Both the position numbers and the translations under genes were made by a program. From Bacteriovoracaceae bacterium (GTDB taxonomy: Bacteria > Bdellovibrionota > Bacteriovoracia > Bacteriovoracales > Bacteriovoracaceae), in assembly GCA_041586955.1 (NCBI GenBank), contig JBFGZE010000002.1:1-64000 (forward strand): 64,000 nt of DNA, in the 5' to 3' direction. A model generated the notes under the pieces. That model searched no databases. It was not told the origin of the DNA and saw nothing but the letters and a program-made list of their open reading frames with translations. Of this stretch, positions 20,467 to 30,198 are shown piece by piece; within the stretch, counting starts at the first letter, position 1, and the number at the start of each line of letters is the position of its first letter.

Positions 20467-21084
20467 TTGCTAGAGAGATCACCATTGGATGAAATTTCAA
20501 ACCGCCTTGTCAAGATGGCGGAGAACCCACAATTTTTAAAGGCCAACCACAATGAACTTCTCTTTTTCTGGGAAGAAACAACACTATACCATAGCATAGG
20601 AGCAGACCGGCCACTTATTCAAAGAGGTCTGGCCGAGGGGATTTGCTTATTATTGGCCAATGCCGATATTAATCGTATCTCTACTTTTGAAGCGCGTGAG
20701 GTGGAAAATTTCCTCCGTGATCTTAACGGAAGGGAAGCTTTTGCCTGGACAGTGGGCCTGACAACGTTTTTTTTACAGGCAAAAAAAGAAATTCTTTTCA
20801 ATCACCCAGCTGTTAATGAGATCAATTTTTCCAGGCCCTGGCCTATTGATTCCACCTGGGAACAATTAGAAGTTTTAGAAGATTGGCTTGGAAGTATTCA
20901 TCGTCAAGTGGCTCTACCACTGGGGATGAAGCTTTCGTTAATTGATTTTGAAACCTCACCTTTAGTCATTCAGGTAGAGCTGTCAGTGGGGAAACTAGTA
21001 GAGAAAAAAGAATTTCTCACTCTCATAAACAAACTTTTGCAAATGCAATTACCGGAATTAGAAGGGAAAATTGTTGCAGAGTAA
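20467..21084 (+). CDS. Hypothetical protein with degenerate NifU-like (IscU + NifU-C) architecture
   Basis: 205-aa ORF, start uncertain; spacing of residues resembles NifU domains but the cluster-binding Cys are missing. Confidence 0.5.
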   Translation: MLERSPLDEISNRLVKMAENPQFLKANHNELLFFWEETTLYHSIGADRPLIQRGLAEGICLLLANADINRISTFEAREVENFLRDLNGREAFAWTVGLTTFFLQAKKEILFNHPAVNEINFSRPWPIDSTWEQLEVLEDWLGSIHRQVALPLGMKLSLIDFETSPLVIQVELSVGKLVEKKEFLTLINKLLQMQLPELEGKIVAE

Positions 21085-21130
21085 TGTTATTTTGGATAAA
21101 CTTTCGCTAAAATAGGTATAGAGGATAAAA

Positions 21131-21439
21131 ATGAAAAAAATTATGTTCGGCTTTTTAGGAGTATGTTTGATCGGCCCTCCTTCTTTTGCTCAAGACGCTG
21201 CCCGTGGTGCCAAACTTTATGCAACTTGTGTTGAATGCCATGGCCCTAAAGGAATGGGTATTAAAGAACAAGAAGCTCCTCGTATTGCCGGTCAAGCAGA
21301 CTGGTATATTCTCAGTAGCCTTAAGGCCTTTAAGGCGGGCACTCGCAAAAACCCAAAAATGTTACCTTTTATAAAAGATTTAACTGAAAAAGACCTTCAG
21401 GATTTGTCTCAGTATATTTCAGGAATGAAGACCGAATAA
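21131..21439 (+). CDS. Monoheme cytochrome c (c553/c4-like)
   Basis: Signal peptide, CVECH, PRIAGQ, axial Met (NPKM). Confidence 0.95.
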   Translation: MKKIMFGFLGVCLIGPPSFAQDAARGAKLYATCVECHGPKGMGIKEQEAPRIAGQADWYILSSLKAFKAGTRKNPKMLPFIKDLTEKDLQDLSQYISGMKTE

Positions 21440-21460
21440 ATTAATTATCAGGGAAGGGTC

Positions 21461-21904
21461 ATGTCATTAATTTTTACTAAGGCAACGTTGAAAAAGGACT
21501 TTAAGAAAATCCACGATTATACTATCGATGCTTTCTCTGACACTCCTGATTTCAATTGGACTCTTGACGAAATACAAAATGAAGTTAATGCTGGATGGGA
21601 ACTCTATAGTGTTGCCAATGAAGAAGAGGAAGTGGTCGCCGCTTTATTTGTTCAAGAGATAGGTGATACTTTATTAACAAAGAACACTGGGTTGAAGATC
21701 AATCACCAGGGTAGTGGCTATAATCACGAGATAAAAGAATATTACGAAGCCTTGGGACGTGAGCGTAAGCTCAAAAAGATTGCTCATTATTGTCGTATTG
21801 ATAATTTCCGTATGTACTCACTTAATGAGAGTCATGGTTATGAAAAAACGGCCAATGTATTAGAAAATGGGCAAATTGTAGAATGGATAAAAATTTTAAA
21901 ATAA
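21461..21904 (+). CDS. GNAT-family N-acetyltransferase
   Basis: Motif A HQGSGY and C-terminal NFRMYSLNESHGY. Confidence 0.7.
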   Translation: MSLIFTKATLKKDFKKIHDYTIDAFSDTPDFNWTLDEIQNEVNAGWELYSVANEEEEVVAALFVQEIGDTLLTKNTGLKINHQGSGYNHEIKEYYEALGRERKLKKIAHYCRIDNFRMYSLNESHGYEKTANVLENGQIVEWIKILK

Positions 21905-21942
21905 TTTTTTAATAACCGTAGTTTCTGACATGGAGGACTATT

Positions 21943-22617
21943 ATGGCCAAGAAAAAGGCAGTAAAGAAAAAAGCGGCAACTAAAAAAGTTGCAAAAAAAG
22001 CAACTAAGAAAGTAGCTAAGAAAAAAGTTGCAAAAAAAGCAACAAAGAAAGTAGCTAAGAAAAAAGTTGCTAAAAAAGCAACGAAGAAAGTAGCGAAGAA
22101 AAAAGTTGCAAAAAAAGCAACGAAGAAAGTAGCTAAGAAAAAAGTTGCAAAAAAAGCAACGAAGAAAGTAGCGAAGAAAAAAGTTGCGAAAAAAGCAACT
22201 AAGAAAGTTGCTAAGAAAAAAGTTGCAAAAAAAGCAACAAAAAAAGTAGCGAAGAAAAAAGTTGCAAAAAAAGCAACTAAGAAAGTCGCTGCTAAAAAAG
22301 CAACTAAAAAAGTCGCTGCTAAGAAAGCAACTAAAAAAGCACCAGCTAAGAAAAAAGCTAAAACAAAAAGAAAGCCAAATGCAGCTTTCATGAAAGCTCT
22401 AACTCCTAGTACTGAGCTTGCTGCTGTTATTGGCAACACGGCCGTTCCTAGAACTCAAGCTGTTAAGAAGATTTGGGATTATATTAAGAAGAACGATCTT
22501 CAAAACCCAAAGAACAAGCGCAATATTATTGCTGATGACAAATTAAAAGCTGTCTTTGGCAAGAAAGAAGTGACTATGTTCGAGCTTGCTGGAATTTTAG
22601 GAAAGCATCTTTCTTAA
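21943..22617 (+). CDS. Histone-H1-like Lys/Ala repeat protein with a C-terminal SWIB/MDM2 domain
   Basis: GGAGG RBS; KKVAKKATKKVAK repeats; SWIB PSTELAAVIG...RTQAVKKIWDYIKKNDLQNPKNKRNIIADDKL. Confidence 0.95.
   Translation: MAKKKAVKKKAATKKVAKKATKKVAKKKVAKKATKKVAKKKVAKKATKKVAKKKVAKKATKKVAKKKVAKKATKKVAKKKVAKKATKKVAKKKVAKKATKKVAKKKVAKKATKKVAAKKATKKVAAKKATKKAPAKKKAKTKRKPNAAFMKALTPSTELAAVIGNTAVPRTQAVKKIWDYIKKNDLQNPKNKRNIIADDKLKAVFGKKEVTMFELAGILGKHLS
21982..22320 (+). repeat. Coding tandem repeat: 8 x 39 bp followed by a 27-bp unit
   Basis: Units start at 21982, 22021, 22060, 22099, 22138, 22177, 22216 and 22255; differences are almost all synonymous. Confidence 0.95.
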
Positions 22618-22641
22618 TTGTTCAAAAAAATTTGAGAATAC

Positions 22642-22667
22642 CAAGGCCCCTCTTTTAAGGGGCCTTG
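22642..22667. terminator. Hairpin terminator between convergent genes
   Basis: CAAGGCCCCT-ctttta-AGGGGCCTTG. Confidence 0.75.
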
Positions 22668-22669
22668 TC

Positions 22670-23332
22670 TTATAATAAACCTTTATCGTAGGCCCACCAA
22701 AACATATCTTCACCCATTTCCTTTCGTTGTTCGTTCATCTTGATGAGATCGCCAATGATGCTTTCTTTGGTTGTGTAATTGCGGTCGTTAAAGATTTTTT
22801 CTAAAGGCGTAATTTCAATCTTATATTCATCTTTGCTAAGGCCCATATTTTTCGCCCATTGTTCGATTGTTTGCGGAGTATTTCCTGTGGTGGGATCAAG
22901 AACGATGAATTCTTCGACACCTTCAAACGAAGATATGATAAGGGGGGCGACATGATATTTCCAACCGACAAAATTCTTATCGAGTTTCGCCTGTTGTATT
23001 TTTGGGTAGAGCAATTTATCCGTGGTCGGCATGATGAAAACTTTCGCCGATTTTATATTAAACTCCTCGAGCACTAAGGATATTTCATGGGCCTGGGCAT
23101 AGCAGCCATCTTCAATAAACTCAAAAGGGATATAATTAATCTGATGAAGAGAATTAAAGATGATAGTAATAGCGTTAGGTGATAGAGTTGTTATTGAGAT
23201 ATCATCTATTTTCTTATCGCCAAGTCTTTGTAGCTCCTCTAACGACGACATATTACCTTTTTTAAACTCCTTATAGGGTTTAGCTGCTAAGGGTAGGGTC
23301 AATGAATAGAGAAAGATCATTAATAACTTCAT
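22670..23332 (-). CDS. Secreted protein-glutamine glutaminase family protein
   Basis: IPFEFIEDGCYAQAH (Cys), WKYHVAP (His), VLDP (Asp); signal peptide from ATG at 23332. Confidence 0.85.
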   Translation of the reverse strand: MKLLMIFLYSLTLPLAAKPYKEFKKGNMSSLEELQRLGDKKIDDISITTLSPNAITIIFNSLHQINYIPFEFIEDGCYAQAHEISLVLEEFNIKSAKVFIMPTTDKLLYPKIQQAKLDKNFVGWKYHVAPLIISSFEGVEEFIVLDPTTGNTPQTIEQWAKNMGLSKDEYKIEITPLEKIFNDRNYTTKESIIGDLIKMNEQRKEMGEDMFWWAYDKGLL

Positions 23333-23537
23333 TAAAGATATTGAAAGCAATTCAAATGCCAAGACTGAGTACTTAATTGCTTGTAATTATGTGAAAAAAT
23401 TGAATAAAACTCTGCTATCGCAGTCTATTGTTTAAATATTGAACGACACCGTGTAAACAATTATTCTTTATTTAGGTTTCCATGTGATGCGGTATGATGC
23501 TTGTCATAAACTTCTTACTCAAGGCAAAGGAAATTTT

Positions 23538-23906
23538 ATGAAAACATTTTTTATCTTTATCTCTTTATTCGCATCAACAATTTACGCAGACTCTTGTGTG
23601 GACTTAAGGTTCAATATTATAGATAACCAAGGCCTTCAGCAAAGCATGCAACGGGAATTTAATCAACTTAATGATCATCTAAAAAAGGCCGAGTTTGGTC
23701 TCAGTGTCGCAGAGGCCGCAATTGATGACTCGGGTTCCATGACTTCTGCCAATGAGCTTAAGCGTAAAGAAGAAGCCGTTTCATTGGCCCAATTGGAAAT
23801 GACGAACGTTGAAGTAAAAATCGTCTTGATAAAATCGAGACTGGAGGCCCAAAAGGCGACACTTAAATACTTAAATACTTTTTATCGCTTGGTCTGTGGA
23901 AAATAA
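23538..23906 (+). CDS. Secreted coiled-coil hypothetical protein
   Basis: Signal peptide, heptad-rich, one Cys near each terminus. Confidence 0.65.
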   Translation: MKTFFIFISLFASTIYADSCVDLRFNIIDNQGLQQSMQREFNQLNDHLKKAEFGLSVAEAAIDDSGSMTSANELKRKEEAVSLAQLEMTNVEVKIVLIKSRLEAQKATLKYLNTFYRLVCGK

Positions 23907-23958
23907 CTTTACTCTTATTGGGTTTTCTATTGAGCCGCTTGTTCTTTAGTGTGGCCCA

Positions 23959-25107
23959 TTATTTGAGATTGAGCTTGCGTTTAATGGCGGAAAAGCGGCC
24001 GCGCAGAGTTTGGGTGACCCAAGATTCGTCCTTAGATAGGAAAATGAATTTACGGCAATGAAGTGTGGGATTACCCTGAGGGAAATGGCCGATGCCTTGG
24101 TAATATTGATGGCATTGGTCCCCATACCATTCAAAGTATTCGGGAAAGTTTTGGGTTAGCACTTTAAGAATTTGTTTTGTGCGTATCATATTCTTTTGAT
24201 CAAAAAGGCCATCAGGCAAATAAGGGTATTTTTTGATTTGGGCCAAAACTTCCATACGACGAGCGAAATGATCACCCAATAAATGCAAGCGGTTCCAGGC
24301 CAGGTTAAAAACAGGGCCAACTTGGGGGCCTTGTAAAAGGTAATAGGTAAGCCATAGATCTTCTTCTCTTTGACTAAGCGCATTCTTAGTTTGTAAGGCC
24401 AAGAAAAATGCCTCTCCAATGTCTCCATTGCTGCGCATTAGCTCTTGTTTGAGAAAGGGAGTGAGTGAGGCCCAACAATCCGGGTGGAAGGCCTTAAGTA
24501 ATTTAAGACGTAATTTATCAGGGTTTGGGTATTTTTCTTTTAACTTGATTATCTGATGGACTGCATTTTTTCGAAAAATTGTTTTTTTACAATAGAATTC
24601 ACCAAGGCCCATTTGAAAACCTGGTTTTAGAAAATAGCTGAGATCGTTATTGGTCATTAAATGCTTAAGAAGGCCCGCCAATTTTTCACCGGTTTCAGGG
24701 TCTTTGCGCGATTGCTCCCAAATGGCCTTGGACTTTACTAGGCAAGGTGTTTGCTGGGTTTTTAAGCAGAGTTCAACTGCCTTGATCGTAAAATGGTCTC
24801 TTTTACTTTGAAAAAAGTCATCGTCTCGCAAAACTGGCCAGGCGGCCAATTTTTCGATGTAATCCCAGGTCTTTTGATCGTATTGTTGGGTCCGGTGCAG
24901 ATGGTTAAAATAATCACCAGCGAGGTTCGTCACCATCTTTTTCCATGGCCCTTGACGCTCTCGGGGTGGGAGGTCTAACGCATGATTGAAAAATTCACGA
25001 TAGTTTTTTTCCCTATGAAGAATCTTGAGATCTTCAAAGGTATAGGGACCCGCAGTAAGCGAGCCGATAAAAAGAATGGTGAGCAACAATCCATGTCGAC
25101 GTTCCAT
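23959..25107 (-). CDS. Hypothetical secreted helical protein
   Basis: 382-aa ORF with a signal-like N-terminus. Confidence 0.65.
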   Translation of the reverse strand: MERRHGLLLTILFIGSLTAGPYTFEDLKILHREKNYREFFNHALDLPPRERQGPWKKMVTNLAGDYFNHLHRTQQYDQKTWDYIEKLAAWPVLRDDDFFQSKRDHFTIKAVELCLKTQQTPCLVKSKAIWEQSRKDPETGEKLAGLLKHLMTNNDLSYFLKPGFQMGLGEFYCKKTIFRKNAVHQIIKLKEKYPNPDKLRLKLLKAFHPDCWASLTPFLKQELMRSNGDIGEAFFLALQTKNALSQREEDLWLTYYLLQGPQVGPVFNLAWNRLHLLGDHFARRMEVLAQIKKYPYLPDGLFDQKNMIRTKQILKVLTQNFPEYFEWYGDQCHQYYQGIGHFPQGNPTLHCRKFIFLSKDESWVTQTLRGRFSAIKRKLNLK

Positions 25108-25235
25108 AGCATTATTCTACATTTTATGGCGATTTAGGTCAATCCAACAGATAGTCAAATTATAACTCTTGGGGTATGCCTAGACGGCTATTATTGGACT
25201 GGTCCCAATGACCGAATTAAGAAGGAAGTTATTTA

Positions 25236-28200
25236 ATGAACCAAAGTTTTGCGAGCTCGCTTAAAATCGTAAAAAAAACTGTTTCAATCAAAGATCATGG
25301 TGACGTTCACTTATTTTATCCTGAGGAATATGAGAATTTGTTTTTAACTGAATATGTTAAAACAAACCTAACTTCTTCTCTTTCACTCGCGAGGTCAAAG
25401 GGGGATTTTCGCCAAGAGATCGTTATAAGAGGGATCACATTATTGGTGGCCTTTTTTGGTACAAAGAAAGAGGTTCTTTTTTCTTCTCGTAAATTGGGGC
25501 GTGAGCTTTTAATTCTTGATTGGAGTGACCCGGAGTCAGCTGATAGGGATAAATTAGAGCAGTTTTGCCAAAAAATTGTCACTTTACCAGTCGCTGAGTT
25601 CCCCAGTGTCATTGATCAAATTTCTTCCGCCAAGGACTTGCCAGACTTAGATCAAGAGAAATTTCTTAGTTTAGAAAGTTCTATTTCTCAGTTAGTCGCC
25701 CAATTATTAAAAGGTCTGCATGAATATAAACCCACACTTTTTGAAAGGTTGTCTGATTTTGGCCTAGCTATGACGGCCCAGTATACGCTCCTACGCTTGC
25801 ATTTATTGAAGTTTTTGGCGGTGCTGCCTGGACTCGATCATGATACGAAAGGTGAGCAGGTTAAACGTATACTTCTCGAATCTTTTAGACGTTTAATTGA
25901 TGATTCTGATTTAGCGAGAAAGAAAAATATACAAGGTGAGATGGCCGCCATTCCTCAGTGGTTATATTGGCCCAATAAATTGGCCATTCCCGTTATTTCC
26001 TTATTTCCGGCCAGGCCCTTAGCGATCCTTATTCGAGGTAGTGTCCGTTTATTGGCCAAGCGATTTATCGCAGGAGAAACCATTGAATTGGCCGAGAAAT
26101 CATTTACTAATCTCGCTCAAACAAATCGTGATATCACTCTGGACCAATTAGGTGAATTGGTGGTTTCCTCCAAAGAGGCCGACCATTATTGCGAAGAGGT
26201 GCTAAAGTTAATCAATGGGCTTGGCAGCTATGGAGTTCCTGGTGCTAAAAATAAGGCCGGTATTTATCGCGCCCATGTCTCTATTAAAGTCACGGCTCTT
26301 TGTGCTGACTTTCGTCCGGAGGACGATGATTTTACTTTTTCTCAACTGGGTCCTCGCCTCTACAAGATTTTGTCTTTGGCCAAAGAGAAACAGGTTTTTA
26401 TTAATATCGATGCTGAACATTATCATTTTCGAGATGCCGTTTGGCGCCATTATCAAAGAGTACTTCTTCAAAATGAAGAGCTTAAGTCTTACCAGCAAAC
26501 GGGAATCGTTCTCCAGGCCTATCTCAGAGATGCTAGCGATCACCTTGATGAGATTATTGCCTTCGCTAAAAAGCGTGGGCATTGTATGCCTATTCGTATC
26601 GTTAAGGGGGCGTATTGGGATGCCGAAACAATTGAGGCCCAGGCCCATCAGTTTGAGGCGCCTGAATTTCTCAACAAGGAGGAGACTGACATTCATTTCC
26701 GTCAGTTGATGGTTAAAATTTTAGCTCATCATCAAGAGGTTCAATTATGCTTGGCCTCTCATAATTATGCCGATCATTGTTTTGCAGTAATTGCGCGAGA
26801 TAAATTATTTCCTGAGCACCCACCTATTGAGCATCAATGTTTGCATATGACTTACGAGGCCCTCTCTGTGTCCATGGCCAAAATGGGGTGGGCGGTTCGC
26901 AATTATGTTCCTGTGGGGAGCTTATTAGTAGGAATGGCCTATCTGGTAAGACGAATTATGGAAAACTCTTCTCAAGTTGGTGTACTGACTATCATGAGGT
27001 CTCATAAAAAGGCGATTAAATTACGTCCTCCTCAAGTGACTCATCGCTTGCGTGCTGAACAGGGCCTATTGCTACGTGATCATGGCATGGAGGAAACTCA
27101 CGGTGAATTTCGCAATGTACCTCCTTTGCGCACTTATCTTCCGGCCTATCAAAAACTTTGGGATCAAGATTTTAAAAAATTTCAAGAACTTGATTTGGGT
27201 AAAGAATATCAAAATGAATTTCCCTTAAATGGGGATAAGCATATGATCTTGTCTCCCTCGGATCCTAGTCTTACGGTTGGGAGTCTTCAACTCGCTAAGG
27301 TTGAAGATGCACAGGCTGCAATCAAAGAGGTGCATACGAGCTTTAAAAAGGGGATCCTCGATAAAATGGGAGCAAAAAAACGGGCGGGCATCCTATTAAA
27401 GGCCGCAGAAGTCCTTTTTATTGAGCGGAATTCTTGGGCATCTCTCATTGTTTTTGAGTCAGGAAAGGCCATTCTTGAGGCATTGGCCGACGTTGATGAG
27501 GCCATCGACTTTTTACAATTTTATGCGCGCGAAGAAGTGAAGCTAGACGTGGTAAATAAGACCTCTCGTGGACCTTGCGCTTGTATTACTCCGTGGAACT
27601 TTCCGCTAGCGATTCCTTGTGGCATGATATCTTCTGCATTAGTGGCCGGGAACCCGGTTATTCTCAAATCGGCCGAGCAGACTCCTTTAATTGCTACCCG
27701 CCTCGTTCATTTACTCCATAAATGCGGTTTTCCTAAAGAGACCTTGATTCATTTACCCGGGCCTGGGGAAACCATTGGTCAGGCCTTAGTCGATAGTCCT
27801 AAAATCGCAACCTATTTATTTACAGGGTCTCGCGCCATTGGTGTAATGATTGCTACAAAAGTTCGTGCTCGTCTCTATACTCATCCTATTACTAATGAGC
27901 AGTATCCGGTGCGCGCCATTACTGAAATGGGAGGCAAAAATGCCATTATTGTTACCGGCAATGCAGAGATTGATGAGACGGTCGCTGGGATTATTTATTC
28001 TTGTTTCGCTCACGCTGGACAGAAGTGTTCAGCAGCTTCTCGAATTTTAGTAAACGCTTCGGTTAAGGATACCTTGGTTCAGCGTTTAAAAGAAGCTTGC
28101 TTAGATTTGCAAGTCGGGCGGGCAATGGATTGGAAAACCTTTGTGAACCCCATTATTTCTAAAGAGGATTGTGAGCGTTTAAAAAAGCAAGCGCAAGAGG

Positions 28201-29396
28201 CGAGTCAGGAGGCCAATAAATATGGGGGCATGGTTCATGTGGACCGCAGTGATGAAGAAGGTTTACCTGGTTATTGTGTTGGGCCAGTTCTTATTGAATT
28301 GCCTTATGAGCGAGCGCTTCATGCAGAATCTTGGGCGCAAAAAGAATTATTTGGTCCGGTTATTCACTTGATTCCCTTTCAAGGCCTAGAAGACGCTCTT
28401 AAACTCTATAATTCTACGCCTTATGGTCTCACTGGTGGTGTCTTTTCACAATCCCAAGATGAAATTGATTTTCTAACCGGAGGGATGGAGAACGGCAATA
28501 TTTATATTAACCGCAGTATCACTGGGGCACGCGTTGGTATTGAGCCTTTTGGTGGTTTTAAAATGAGTGGGACAGGCCCTAAGGCCGGTGGTGTCGGTTA
28601 TGTTGAGCAAATGCACCGCTTTACCAATACCATAAAGTGGACACCTTTATCGGAGTCGCCTTTGGTTCAAACGGGGCAAAATCCACCGCTATACCTTTCT
28701 CCACAAGATCAATTAACACCTATGCTTTGGCGCGAGATGAGTCCAAAATTAGTATCGTTTGGTGAGGACTTGGCCGACCAATTGCCGAGTATCTTGGGCC
28801 ATATGGCAAGAGAAGGGCAGACCCTTATCAGGGAGTTTATGCGTGATATTCTCCGCCAGCCGGATTATCTTATCTCCTTAAAAAGTAATTGTGTCATTCC
28901 CGGGCAAATTTCCGCCAATACATGGAATCTGAAAAGACCCAATGTTTTGATTCTCGCCGCCAATGGCGGAATTCAAGAGGGGACCCTCATTCATTTGCTC
29001 TGGGCGTTGGGTGCTGCTGGTCGGGTGACAATACTTTGCCGTGATGAGAGCTCATTCGTTGCTTGGAATAAGATCATATCTCTTGGCCGAAAAAATGGAC
29101 TTTTGACTTCAGAATTGGAGGCCACTCTTGCTACCAAGGACAATATTGAACAATGGCTCAATAATTATCCTGACCGTATCATACTAGGAGGGGATATTCG
29201 TCAAAACCATGAGTGGATGAAACTTATTTACCATAAAGAAAATTTTCATCAAATATGGAAAGTTCTCTCTCTTGAGGAGGGAATGGATCTCGAAAATTGG
29301 CGAGAAGGAGTGCGCTTTTTTGCCTTTGAACGCTCTTTGGCCATCAATATCATGAGGCATGGGGCCCCGTTGGAAGGAAGTCATTATCATGGTTAA
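25236..29396 (+). CDS. putA: Bifunctional proline dehydrogenase / P5C dehydrogenase
   Basis: PRODH: IDAEH, RIVKGAYWDAE, ASHN, YLVRRIMEN; ALDH: PWNFPLAI, EMGGKNA, GQKCSA, ELFGP. Confidence 0.95.
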   Translation: MNQSFASSLKIVKKTVSIKDHGDVHLFYPEEYENLFLTEYVKTNLTSSLSLARSKGDFRQEIVIRGITLLVAFFGTKKEVLFSSRKLGRELLILDWSDPESADRDKLEQFCQKIVTLPVAEFPSVIDQISSAKDLPDLDQEKFLSLESSISQLVAQLLKGLHEYKPTLFERLSDFGLAMTAQYTLLRLHLLKFLAVLPGLDHDTKGEQVKRILLESFRRLIDDSDLARKKNIQGEMAAIPQWLYWPNKLAIPVISLFPARPLAILIRGSVRLLAKRFIAGETIELAEKSFTNLAQTNRDITLDQLGELVVSSKEADHYCEEVLKLINGLGSYGVPGAKNKAGIYRAHVSIKVTALCADFRPEDDDFTFSQLGPRLYKILSLAKEKQVFINIDAEHYHFRDAVWRHYQRVLLQNEELKSYQQTGIVLQAYLRDASDHLDEIIAFAKKRGHCMPIRIVKGAYWDAETIEAQAHQFEAPEFLNKEETDIHFRQLMVKILAHHQEVQLCLASHNYADHCFAVIARDKLFPEHPPIEHQCLHMTYEALSVSMAKMGWAVRNYVPVGSLLVGMAYLVRRIMENSSQVGVLTIMRSHKKAIKLRPPQVTHRLRAEQGLLLRDHGMEETHGEFRNVPPLRTYLPAYQKLWDQDFKKFQELDLGKEYQNEFPLNGDKHMILSPSDPSLTVGSLQLAKVEDAQAAIKEVHTSFKKGILDKMGAKKRAGILLKAAEVLFIERNSWASLIVFESGKAILEALADVDEAIDFLQFYAREEVKLDVVNKTSRGPCACITPWNFPLAIPCGMISSALVAGNPVILKSAEQTPLIATRLVHLLHKCGFPKETLIHLPGPGETIGQALVDSPKIATYLFTGSRAIGVMIATKVRARLYTHPITNEQYPVRAITEMGGKNAIIVTGNAEIDETVAGIIYSCFAHAGQKCSAASRILVNASVKDTLVQRLKEACLDLQVGRAMDWKTFVNPIISKEDCERLKKQAQEASQEANKYGGMVHVDRSDEEGLPGYCVGPVLIELPYERALHAESWAQKELFGPVIHLIPFQGLEDALKLYNSTPYGLTGGVFSQSQDEIDFLTGGMENGNIYINRSITGARVGIEPFGGFKMSGTGPKAGGVGYVEQMHRFTNTIKWTPLSESPLVQTGQNPPLYLSPQDQLTPMLWREMSPKLVSFGEDLADQLPSILGHMAREGQTLIREFMRDILRQPDYLISLKSNCVIPGQISANTWNLKRPNVLILAANGGIQEGTLIHLLWALGAAGRVTILCRDESSFVAWNKIISLGRKNGLLTSELEATLATKDNIEQWLNNYPDRIILGGDIRQNHEWMKLIYHKENFHQIWKVLSLEEGMDLENWREGVRFFAFERSLAINIMRHGAPLEGSHYHG

Positions 29397-30195
29397 TAAA
29401 TTAAAATGGTTATTTTTAGGGGCAGGTAATATGGCCCAGGCAATTGCTCTTCGAGTTCACAGCGATCATCCCCAGGATCAAATGGTCTTTTATACGCCCT
29501 CTGGAAGTAGGGCCCAGTCACTGGCGCAAGAAACTAAGGGCGAGGTATTAGCGGGGCCTAGGGAATTTACGAACGCTGACGTTATTGTTTTGGCCTTTAA
29601 GCCGCAAAGCTTAGATGAAGCGGCCGAACAATGGAAAGAAGTGCTGACAGGCGGACAAGTCGTTATTTCTCTCTTAGCAGGTGTTGGTCAGAAAAAAATT
29701 GAAGAGGCCTTCAGCGCAAAACTGCCACTTCTGCGCTTAATGCCTAATACACCTTGTCGTATTGGTGAAGGGGTTAATTTACTTTTACCAAGCGAAAATC
29801 TCGGTGCTGCAATTTTGGCCCAGATTCAGGAGCGTTTAAGTTCTCTTGGAAAAAACTTTTTGATGACTAGTCATGAGCAATTTGATGCCCTTACTTGTGT
29901 CACCGGATCAGGCCCGGCCTATATATTTGAATGGGTTCATCAATTTATTTTATGGGCCAAATCCCATGGGGTGGATCAGGAAACCGCCTCCTCTATGGTG
30001 GTCGAAACATTTCTTGGGGCCTTGCATTTAGGCCAGGAAATGGGGGAAAATTGGCCAGAGCTCATCAAGCAAGTGACCAGTAAAGCTGGGGTTACAGAAA
30101 AAGTGTTGGAAACCTGGCGAGAAAGACAACTCGATGATACATTAAAAGAAGGATTAAATGCAGGCCTGGCACGGGCCATTCAGCTTCAAGGATGA
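29389..30195 (+). CDS. proC: Pyrroline-5-carboxylate reductase
   Basis: FLGAGNMA, LAFKPQ, RLMPNTP, GSGPAY, VTSKAGVT; ATG at 29389 overlaps the end of putA. Confidence 0.95.
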   Translation: MVNKLKWLFLGAGNMAQAIALRVHSDHPQDQMVFYTPSGSRAQSLAQETKGEVLAGPREFTNADVIVLAFKPQSLDEAAEQWKEVLTGGQVVISLLAGVGQKKIEEAFSAKLPLLRLMPNTPCRIGEGVNLLLPSENLGAAILAQIQERLSSLGKNFLMTSHEQFDALTCVTGSGPAYIFEWVHQFILWAKSHGVDQETASSMVVETFLGALHLGQEMGENWPELIKQVTSKAGVTEKVLETWRERQLDDTLKEGLNAGLARAIQLQG

Positions 30196-30198
30196 GTT

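Noticed and set aside
21982..22320. Possible CRISPR array
   Set aside because: Contiguous in-frame coding repeats with no unique spacers and no cas genes
21909..22439. 176-aa Phe/Ala-rich 'membrane protein' ORF on the minus strand
   Set aside because: Antisense shadow of the Lys-repeat gene, which has the RBS and the SWIB domain
25316..29390. Several 60-165 aa ORFs nested in putA (and similar ones within other long genes)
   Set aside because: Off-frame or antisense shadows with no motifs
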